A stretch of 54,788 nt of DNA from a virus. The DNA is taken from positions 1 through 54,788 of IMG/VR virus record IMGVR_UViG_3300045988_124937. One strand, 5' to 3'. Shown piece by piece: positions 34,696 to 40,840 of this stretch; the stretch's first letter is position 1, and each line of letters starts with the position of its first letter. The notes beneath the pieces are model-generated. The model was given only the letters and a program-made list of their open reading frames with translations, ran no database searches and was not told the DNA's origin. A program made the position numbers and the translations under genes.

Positions 34696-35241
34696 TTAGT
34701 GACGGGTGCCGGTCTGTTCCAGCAGGACGTAGGAGCCGTCCTCAAGCGGGGTGTAGTATTCCTCGCCGTTGGGGAGATATGCGGTGCCAGCCGATACGTA
34801 GCAGTACTCGGCTACGCGGTATGAGCCCACGAAGTCGAAGATGGTTACCGACGCATCGAGAAGGGTATGCGTGGTGAGGTGGTCGTATGGTGCGGTGTGG
34901 GATACGAAGCCCAGAGCCTCACCCCCAGCGTTGAGCCGGTACGACAGGCTTCGGGGGAACTCAGCATTTCCTAGCAGGCACACGTCCGTTGGGGTTAGCT
35001 GGGCGAAGACCAGGCGGGGTGAGGTATAGGGGGAACCGAAGGCGAGTCGGGCAGCTTCGCCTTTGCCGTGCGCTACGTCCAGGCAGGCGGCGAAGATATG
35101 TTCTCGGGAGTAGTACCGGGCTTCGCCGGTGCGACCAGACACAGCAGAGGGGGCGCCTAGCGAACTGGTGAACTCTTCACGGGCATCTTCGGGGGTGTAG
35201 GCGTGGAAGTCGGAGGCGTTATAGAGGGTGAAGTCAGGCAT
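34696..35241 (-). CDS. Hypothetical protein (181 aa), possible distant paralog of 34144..34674
   Basis: RBS ctagaaaggtaccccaATG. Confidence 0.75.
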   Translation of the reverse strand: MPDFTLYNASDFHAYTPEDAREEFTSSLGAPSAVSGRTGEARYYSREHIFAACLDVAHGKGEAARLAFGSPYTSPRLVFAQLTPTDVCLLGNAEFPRSLSYRLNAGGEALGFVSHTAPYDHLTTHTLLDASVTIFDFVGSYRVAEYCYVSAGTAYLPNGEEYYTPLEDGSYVLLEQTGTRH

Positions 35242-35253
35242 TGGGGTACCTTT

Positions 35254-35730
35254 CTAGGGGTCGTTTCGGCGGTAGGTATAGATGAGCACGCCGTCCTCAC
35301 GGGTCGAGGAGATGCGCTCCCAGGGAGCATCACCCCACGGGTCGTAGGTTCCGGCAACGTCGTTTGTGTAGCCGGGCAGAGAGCGGATAAGCTCACGTTC
35401 GAGGTCGTCGGGGTACCATACCCACGTGTCCCAGTCGTGCAGTGCCCACAGCAGGGAGTTTCGGAGGTAGGGGAAGTGGTCGCCGGTGGTGAAGTGTGAG
35501 AAGTTATCCAGGTCGTCCGGTGCGGTGCCCTCGACTCGCTCAACGCGGTTATGAAGCGGGGTACCGTCGAACATGGCGGCGTCGAGTCCGTCGCAGAGGG
35601 TCAGCTCGCCGTCGTGCTTGGTAACCGTGGTGCCTACGTGGGTCGTTACTTCCACGGGCAGGCAGTCGAAGTCGCCTTCAAACCACGGGATGCGGAGCTC
35701 AACGACGGCGTACTTCGGTTCATTAGCCAA
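35254..35730 (-). CDS. Hypothetical protein (158 aa)
   Basis: Compact ORF overlapping the upstream gene by 8 nt. Confidence 0.75.
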   Translation of the reverse strand: MANEPKYAVVELRIPWFEGDFDCLPVEVTTHVGTTVTKHDGELTLCDGLDAAMFDGTPLHNRVERVEGTAPDDLDNFSHFTTGDHFPYLRNSLLWALHDWDTWVWYPDDLERELIRSLPGYTNDVAGTYDPWGDAPWERISSTREDGVLIYTYRRNDP

Positions 35731-36628
35731 CGAACACCACCGCCCGGCATACTACAGCTTCACAGTCGAGGTGGAAGTCGTGGTTTTCAGCGTCGCCCAG
35801 CACTTCTACCTCAGCGTCCAGCTCAGGGTCGGTGCCGTAGCTCTTCGTCCAGTACCCAAGGTAGGTTTCCAGGTTGCGGCGTGCTTCTCGGGGAATTCTA
35901 TAGCGGGTCTTACCGCTTGAATCAAGGTAGCGGTTAAGGAAGCCGTCGGTAATCCAGTTGCCGGCTACCGGAGAGTAGCCGCTATCACCTTCGGTATAGC
36001 CGCCCTCGCCCTCGTTGCTGCCGAAGTTCCACAACACCAGCTCATAGGCGGGTTCGCCCCTGTGGGAATTAGCCAGCAGGAGCAGGCGAACCTCGCGGCG
36101 GTTACCGGGGTGTACCCAGACACAGGGCTTTCCGTCTTCGGCTAAGCCTGGCTTCAAGATGAACAGGTCTTCGAGCTGGCTCCGGTAATCGTCGCTCAGC
36201 CAGTCAGCGACGTCAGGAAGCCCGGAAGCGTCGTCAGGCTCGCAACAGTCGTCGAAAGGCACCTCGGGTAGGTACAAGCCCTTGCTCTGGAGCCAGGCTC
36301 GCGCCTTATCGTCGGTTGCATAGTCTTCGAGCAGGCTGTGGTAGAAGCGACCGAGGGCTTCGCAACAGTCGTCCTTACCACTGATGAGCCGGTCACAAAG
36401 GTCACGGAACATCTCGTCCATCTTCGCGTCGATGTCGTAAGTGTAGCTACCGGGTACCTCGTAGTACTCATCAAAGACTTCACCCATCTCTGACACTTCA
36501 CCGTTCATATGGGAGCCAAGAATAAGCGCGTCGGGTGTATCGTCGGTGCGCAGGTGGAGCCAATCGCCCAGTTCATAGCCAATCAGCAGGGGGAACGGCT
36601 CGAAGTCGAGCCCGTATGAGGTGGACAC
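35723..36628 (-). CDS. Highly acidic Asp/Glu-rich protein with CC dipeptides (301 aa)
   Basis: GTG start after gaaaggactccaccGTG. DDCCEALG and DDCCEPDD. First gene after tRNA-mimic module A. Confidence 0.75.
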   Translation of the reverse strand: MSTSYGLDFEPFPLLIGYELGDWLHLRTDDTPDALILGSHMNGEVSEMGEVFDEYYEVPGSYTYDIDAKMDEMFRDLCDRLISGKDDCCEALGRFYHSLLEDYATDDKARAWLQSKGLYLPEVPFDDCCEPDDASGLPDVADWLSDDYRSQLEDLFILKPGLAEDGKPCVWVHPGNRREVRLLLLANSHRGEPAYELVLWNFGSNEGEGGYTEGDSGYSPVAGNWITDGFLNRYLDSSGKTRYRIPREARRNLETYLGYWTKSYGTDPELDAEVEVLGDAENHDFHLDCEAVVCRAVVFVG

Positions 36629-36662
36629 GGTGGAGTCCTTTCAACTAGGGGTTTACAGTGGA

Positions 36663-36734
36663 GCGCCGCTCACTACAGGGGCGCAAGTTCCCCGGCATGG
36701 AGTCGAACCGTGCCTAAGCCTACCGAGGCGGGGA
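36663..36734 (-). repeat. tRNA-mimic leader module A (hairpin 36663-36684; minihelix core 36689-36734)
   Basis: Minus strand: TCCCC gcctcggtaggctta GGCACGG TTCGACT CCATGCC GGGGA a ctt GCGCC..GGCGC. Start codon lies 35 nt after the hairpin. Confidence 0.7.
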
Positions 36735-36769
36735 TACCGGAAGAAATTATCGGTTATGTGCGGTGCAAT

Positions 36770-37048
36770 TTATCGGTTTACGGCGGGGTGAATCACCTCC
36801 AATCCTTCGGGGATAGGGCGCGGATTGCGCACCGGCGCGGGTTCAGGTTCGCGCGGTTCGTCTATGAACTCGACGGTATCGCGGAACATACGCAGGGTGT
36901 ACAGCTCAGCGTGCAGGTGCTCCAGCTCGCGGCGTTGCCAGATGTTCAGGGCGAACAGCGCACCGGCTATTATCAGCACCACCACCGAAGCAATGAAGAT
37001 CAGGGCGGGTAGGGCGTCCAGGGTTACGGAAGCAACGGACATTGGCAT
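36770..37048 (-). CDS. Small membrane protein (92 aa)
   Basis: TM segment LPALIFIASVVVLIIAGALFAL. TAATG overlap upstream. Confidence 0.7.
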   Translation of the reverse strand: MPMSVASVTLDALPALIFIASVVVLIIAGALFALNIWQRRELEHLHAELYTLRMFRDTVEFIDEPREPEPAPVRNPRPIPEGLEVIHPAVNR

Positions 37049-37413
37049 TAGAAACTGAACCTCAATCCTGAATTCTCGAAGGCGGAGCGCACTTCACCGG
37101 AGCCGTCGCCGCCCAGAAATTCCATGTCCACCCAGTCATAGCCAACACCTACAGTTCGGGTGTACTTACGGCGGGACTCAGAGTAGCGGAACTTCACCGG
37201 CGGGGCGATACCCAATCGCCCATACACGCCCATTAGGTCGTGGTAATCGTCGCCAACGATACCGAAGGTACGGGTCGGGTTGTACTTGCTTTCGCGCTCG
37301 AAGCTGATAGCCAGGCGAGACAGCTTCCAGTATTCCAGCGCTTCCTTGAGCGCGCCGCTCTCAGCGGCGGCGAGTATCGCGGCCTTGTATTCAGCGGGGG
37401 ACATGGTGGACAT
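37048..37413 (-). CDS. Hypothetical protein (121 aa), paralog of 39611..39967
   Basis: Start at cgaaaggatcccttATG. Shared motifs: Y..LM..Y..LG...P..FR.S....YT...G.GYDW.....LGG...G....AF...GL.F. Confidence 0.75.
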   Translation of the reverse strand: MSTMSPAEYKAAILAAAESGALKEALEYWKLSRLAISFERESKYNPTRTFGIVGDDYHDLMGVYGRLGIAPPVKFRYSESRRKYTRTVGVGYDWVDMEFLGGDGSGEVRSAFENSGLRFSF

Positions 37414-37444
37414 AAGGGATCCTTTCGATAAGAGCTGGCCGGGG

Positions 37445-37714
37445 CTATTCACCGGCGGGTTCGAGGGCAAGACTATGCAGGGTACACCCGAACTCAGGTG
37501 CGAGGTGCGAGTGTACAAACCGTGCGTAGGCTTCCACCGTTGCACGGGTGGGGAGCGGCGGCGGGGCGAACGGCGGAAGGTTCCAGTCGGAGGCGACCTT
37601 AGCCAGGGCGTCTACGTATTCTTCCAGGGTTCGCGGGACGCGGCCGGGTGTACTAGTGGTTAGCTCGCTTGAGGGCTTACGCCACACGGCGGTAAGGGTG
37701 TACAGGTCGGGCAT
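37445..37714 (-). CDS. Hypothetical protein (89 aa)
   Basis: RBS ctagaaggaacctactATG directly after module B. Confidence 0.7.
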   Translation of the reverse strand: MPDLYTLTAVWRKPSSELTTSTPGRVPRTLEEYVDALAKVASDWNLPPFAPPPLPTRATVEAYARFVHSHLAPEFGCTLHSLALEPAGE

Positions 37715-37744
37715 AGTAGGTTCCTTCTAGTAGGGGTTACATAA

Positions 37745-37824
37745 GCGCCAGGGTAGCGCAAGCGCCCGCCGGTGGAGTCGAACCACCGGATATGACCGTC
37801 CGGGCTGTCCAGGTTACGCCTGGA
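37745..37824 (-). repeat. tRNA-mimic leader module B (hairpin 37745-37759; core 37763-37804; upstream hairpin 37806-37824)
   Basis: Minus strand: GTCCAGG..CCTGGAC, then GCCCG gacggtcatat CCGGTGG TTCGACT CCACCGG CGGGC g ctt GCGC taccctg GCGC. Confidence 0.75.
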
Positions 37825-38308
37825 CGCGGGGGGTTAGGGGTTCGCCGTTGAGTTCCAGCGGTTCGCTGGAGGTCAGGGTGTACTTGAGGAAGTAGTTACC
37901 GTCGCCGTCCCTAGACCAGAATTCACAGCGCTCTCCAACGGTGGTTGAGATGTCATCACCGAAGTTTTCGTGCATGACGTTCTTGATGTGACGGGCGCGG
38001 CTGGTCACGTTGGTTCCGTCCTTGAGGTCTGATGCCGCCCACTCGAAGAAGTCCTTAGCGCGGGACGGCTTAGCGCCCTGTAGCCAGCCGTCCGTATCGA
38101 AGTCCAGCATGTCGATTAGGTCGCTAGGAAGGCTTGCGTAGTGCTTGGTGCCACGGCGTAGTACACGACCTTCTTCATCATGGAAGGCACACAGGATACT
38201 GACAGTAAGCAGCTCGCCGCCCACAATAGCGGATACTAGACCGCCGCCGTTGTTGTTCCTTCGGAAAACCTGGAGGGTTACGGGGTAGGTATAGGTGGGG
38301 GTGGACAT
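37814..38308 (-). CDS. Hypothetical protein (164 aa)
   Basis: RBS ctggaaggaaacccctATG after module C. Confidence 0.75.
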   Translation of the reverse strand: MSTPTYTYPVTLQVFRRNNNGGGLVSAIVGGELLTVSILCAFHDEEGRVLRRGTKHYASLPSDLIDMLDFDTDGWLQGAKPSRAKDFFEWAASDLKDGTNVTSRARHIKNVMHENFGDDISTTVGERCEFWSRDGDGNYFLKYTLTSSEPLELNGEPLTPRVQA

Positions 38309-38337
38309 AGGGGTTTCCTTCCAGTAGAGGAATAGGT

Positions 38338-38428
38338 GCGCCAGGGTAGCGCGAGTTCCCCGGCATGGAATCGAACCATGCCTACGTGGTGGGTAGCCAA
38401 CCGTAGCGGGGATACCGGGTATACCGGT
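38338..38428 (-). repeat. tRNA-mimic leader module C (hairpin 38338-38352; core 38357-38412; upstream hairpin 38414-38428)
   Basis: Minus strand: ACCGG tatac CCGGT a TCCCC (25-nt insert) GGCATGG TTCGATT CCATGCC GGGGA a ctc GCGC taccctg GCGC. Confidence 0.75.
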
Positions 38429-38429
38429 G

Positions 38430-38990
38430 CTAGTCGGTGAACACGCCTACCCGGATAGGGTAGGCAATAGCGCCGTCGGTAGTGTCGATAGCTTCTACAG
38501 CGCGGTCTACGTTATCGACATAGTGGAAGCCTTTCGCGGGGCTTCCGACGAGATTCTGCATAAACTCAGCAAAGGAAGAATCCCAACCAAGCCTATATTT
38601 CAGGTCTTCGCGGAACGACTCTTCCGCTTCTTCGTTGATACGGTCGGTACCCTCTTCACCCGTGGGTACATTGGGATACATGAGAATGTAATCGGTGATG
38701 AGGTCGCGGCGCTTATCCATCAGCTCCATTTCTTCGCAATCACCGGGGCAACAGCCGGGTCGGTCATGAGTCTCGAAGATGCGGCGCATATCGTCATTCG
38801 AGTATGTAAACCCGAAGCGGTTGCGGTATTCCACTTCTTCATCATCAGCAATAAGCATGTCCTCCACGGCGAACTCAGGGACACCCCAGAACGAGATGTA
38901 ACCAAAATCCGGGTGGTACAGGTGAGCACCGGGGGTTTCCACGTGGTCATCTATGACAAGGAACAGGTTAGTATCGCGGGTAGTGTACAT
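38430..38990 (-). CDS. Acidic protein with CC/CxxC cluster (186 aa)
   Basis: Start at ctggaaggactctacctATG (MYTTRDTNLF). RPGCCPGDCEEMEL. Confidence 0.75.
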   Translation of the reverse strand: MYTTRDTNLFLVIDDHVETPGAHLYHPDFGYISFWGVPEFAVEDMLIADDEEVEYRNRFGFTYSNDDMRRIFETHDRPGCCPGDCEEMELMDKRRDLITDYILMYPNVPTGEEGTDRINEEAEESFREDLKYRLGWDSSFAEFMQNLVGSPAKGFHYVDNVDRAVEAIDTTDGAIAYPIRVGVFTD

Positions 38991-39019
38991 AGGTAGAGTC
39001 CTTCCAGTAGGGGTGTGAA

Positions 39020-39099
39020 GCACTAGGGACAGTGCAAGCGCCCCGGCACAGAATCGAACCGTGCCTATGCCTCCAAGGCGGGGCTACCGGGTGTACCGG
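39020..39099 (-). repeat. tRNA-mimic leader module D (hairpin 39020-39035; core 39040-39084)
   Basis: Minus strand: GCCCC gccttggaggcata GGCACGG TTCGATT CTGTGCC GGGGC g ctt GCACT gtccct AGTGC. The inner stem has one G.U pair on the minus strand. Confidence 0.75.
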
Positions 39100-39102
39100 C
39101 GG

Positions 39103-39489
39103 TTAGTTATGGGTGCGAACCTTTGCGGTGGCAAGTACAGGGTACGCTAGGGCATCACCAAGGTCTAGCGGCGTGTCATTGAAGCCGAAGTTGGAGCGTA
39201 TAGCGGTGAACTCGACGAACTCAGCACCATCTACAGCGAGGCTCACAAGGCTACGCAAACCCCCGACGCGGTACTCTTCGTTCAAAGCGGCTACGAGCTC
39301 ACGTTCTTCACAGATGAGGGCACCACGGAAAAGTTGGTCATAGGCGCTGCATACCGCCCCGGCATCAACGGGGGTAACCGGGATCGGTTCGTGGAGGTAT
39401 CCGTAGCCCGGTATGTACAGAGCGGCGCTGTTAGAGTACGCCTGAATCGCCAGATGCATGGGTACTGAGGTGTCGGAATTGGCGGACAT
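39103..39489 (-). CDS. Hypothetical protein (128 aa)
   Basis: Start at ccgaaaggaacccctATG (MSANSDTSVPMH). The longer ORF to 39831 reads through module E. Confidence 0.7.
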   Translation of the reverse strand: MSANSDTSVPMHLAIQAYSNSAALYIPGYGYLHEPIPVTPVDAGAVCSAYDQLFRGALICEERELVAALNEEYRVGGLRSLVSLAVDGAEFVEFTAIRSNFGFNDTPLDLGDALAYPVLATAKVRTHN

Positions 39490-39517
39490 AGGGGTTCCTT
39501 TCGGTAGGGGTATGAAT

Positions 39518-39604
39518 ACGCTAGGTATAGCGTGAGTACCCGCCGCCGGATTTGCACCGGCGGTTAGACCCAAGCTAGGGCGGGCTGTCCTGGCTATGCA
39601 GGAC
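39518..39604 (-). repeat. tRNA-mimic leader module E (hairpin 39518-39533; core 39538-39585; upstream hairpin 39587-39604)
   Basis: Minus strand: GTCCTG catagc CAGGAC a GCCCG (17-nt insert) CCGCCGG TGCAAAT CCGGCGG CGGGT a ctc ACGCT atacct AGCGT. Confidence 0.65.
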
Positions 39605-39610
39605 GGGGGT

Positions 39611-39967
39611 TTAGTCAAAGGACAGACCGGCGCTACGGAACGCGTTTGCGGTGCGCCCGTCCATAGACCCGCCCAACAGGTTGCAAGACTTCCAGTCATA
39701 GCCCCAACCAGTAGAGAAGGTGTAGCGGCTCTTATCCTTCGATTCACGAAAGCGGGTCGGGTGGGTAAGACCAAGGTCAGCGTAGATAGCCATAAGGCGG
39801 TCATACTGCACACCGCTAATTTCGTACACATGTGTACCCGTGTTGGGGTTCATGCGGACAAGGCGGGTAACAAGGTTGAATAGGTGGTGCTTCTTAAGAA
39901 GTTCCGCAAGCTTTCCGCTCTTGGAGGCTTCAATAACAGCGGTCTGAACCTGTTCTTCAGTGGACAT
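39611..39967 (-). CDS. Hypothetical protein (118 aa), paralog of 37048..37413; first gene of the early operon
   Basis: RBS cgaaaggacttattATG. See the paralog motifs listed for 37048..37413. Confidence 0.75.
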   Translation of the reverse strand: MSTEEQVQTAVIEASKSGKLAELLKKHHLFNLVTRLVRMNPNTGTHVYEISGVQYDRLMAIYADLGLTHPTRFRESKDKSRYTFSTGWGYDWKSCNLLGGSMDGRTANAFRSAGLSFD

Positions 39968-39998
39968 AATAAGTCCTTTCGATAGGGGTTATGAAAGC

Positions 39999-40075
39999 TC
40001 GACTAGGGGTCGAAACGTTCCCTAGCGAGGGCTCGAACCTCGCACCCGCTACGCGGGCGCTCCAACAGCTAGGGA
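39999..40075 (-). repeat. tRNA-mimic leader module F (hairpin 39999-40013; 57-nt D-armless tRNA-like core 40019-40075)
   Basis: Minus strand: TCCCTAG ctgttggag CGCCC GCGTAGC GGGTG CGAGG TTCGAGC CCTCG CTAGGGA a cgt tTCGAC ccta GTCGA. Confidence 0.75.
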
Positions 40076-40093
40076 TACCTTTTACCTTTTCCC

Positions 40094-40121
40094 ATTACAC
40101 TATTCCATTATCAAACATCAA
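40094..40121 (-). promoter_or_regulatory. Possible promoter P0 (TTGATG-16-TGTAAT)
   Basis: Reverse complement of catcaa (40116-40121) and attaca (40094-40099). Confidence 0.3.
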
Positions 40122-40147
40122 GTTCGGCTATGTGCCTTATGTCATTC

Positions 40148-40176
40148 AGTATATCAGGTCTTAGACAGCTTGTCAA
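40148..40176 (-). promoter_or_regulatory. Early promoter P1 (TTGACA-17 nt-TATACT)
   Basis: Reverse complement reads ggacTTGACAagctgtctaagacctgaTATACTga. Confidence 0.75.
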
Positions 40177-40224
40177 GTCCTTCAATCTGAAATTATTTCG
40201 ACCGGGGTTTTCCCGTTCGTGATT

Positions 40225-40253
40225 AGTATATCAGCTCTTTATCAGTTTGTCAA
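40225..40253 (-). promoter_or_regulatory. Early promoter P2 (TTGACA-17 nt-TATACT)
   Basis: Reverse complement reads TTGACAaactgataaagagctgaTATACT. Confidence 0.75.
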
Positions 40254-40394
40254 ATCGTTTATTTTCGGTTTCGGATTCTCCACGTAAACGACACGTGCGT
40301 TTCCACCGTACCTACTTTTTGGGAATAGGTGGACTCTACAGGCAACCTAGGGGCTAAAAGCCCCGGCGACAAACTTTATTTAGTTGATATGAAT

Positions 40395-40423
40395 ATCGTA
40401 GCAAGCTCTAGACAGCTTGTCAA
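40395..40423 (-). promoter_or_regulatory. Early promoter P3 (TTGACA-17 nt-TACGAT)
   Basis: Shares the 17-nt string agacagcttgtcaagtc with P1. Confidence 0.6.
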
Positions 40424-40473
40424 GTCTTAGCTAGATATTTTTTCTCAGCCGCTTTGTTTTGCGGTATGTGACT

Positions 40474-40503
40474 ATTAGAGCATAGCTTTTGTCAGAATGT
40501 CAA
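40474..40503 (-). promoter_or_regulatory. Possible early promoter P4 (TTGACA-18 nt-TCTAAT)
   Basis: tgtcaa at 40498-40503. The best -10 is attaga (40474-40479). Confidence 0.4.
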
Positions 40504-40549
40504 ACTATTTTAGTGTGAAGTGCGTCACTTTTGTTAGCTCTTTTACATA

Positions 40550-40823
40550 ATGCGCGCGTATGCGCGCGTATGCGCGCGTAGTGTAACACGTTGCTATGAT
40601 GGTGTGCAAGGGGTAGTAGTGTGGTGTTACGCACATTGTATAGTTTGGTGTATGTACGTGTATGTGAGTGTGTATGTGTATGTGTATGTATATGTGCGTG
40701 TATGTGTGTATGTGTGTATGTGTGTATGTGCGTGTATGTATGCGTATGTGTATGAGGGTGTGCATACGTGTGTATGTGTGCGTGTGAGCGCGCGTTAATG
40801 CGTGTATGCGCGCGTATGTGCGT
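40550..40823. repeat. Alternating purine-pyrimidine tract (imperfect GTGTATGT minisatellite flanked by TATGCGCGCGTA repeats); Z-DNA-prone
   Basis: Perfect R-Y alternation runs at 40550-40580 (31 nt, 3 x tgcgcgcgta), 40648-40666 (19), 40668-40754 (87), 40758-40786 (29) and 40798-40823 (26). Confidence 0.9.
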
Positions 40824-40840
40824 TTTAGTGCAAGGGGGCG

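Noticed and set aside
37414-39831. N-terminal extensions of ORFs 37048..37545, 38430..39023, 39103..39831 (and likewise 32439..33107)
   Set aside because: The extensions read through the structured intergenic modules. Each has a conserved GAAAGGA-type RBS and an ATG at the shorter start that matches the paralog N-termini.
36689-40075. Array of genuine tRNA genes, or a CRISPR-like repeat-spacer array
   Set aside because: The cores are only 42-57 nt and lack D-arms. Five of the six also lack an anticodon arm, so they are not standard tRNAs. The repeats are not identical, are structured, and are separated by 270-560-bp protein-coding genes with RBSs, so this is not a CRISPR array.
36689-40075. 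attP-type captured 3' tRNA fragments
   Set aside because: Each copy retains a 5' strand that pairs with the 3' acceptor strand and shows compensatory changes. A fragment of a host tRNA 3' end would not behave this way. No integrase gene is present in the genome.
40505-40798. ORFs 40505..40765 (-) and 40550..40798 (+) from the ORF track
   Set aside because: Their translations are low-complexity (HTHIHTYTH... and VYVYVYV...) generated by the alternating GT/AT/GC tract. They have no RBS and lie in the divergent regulatory region.
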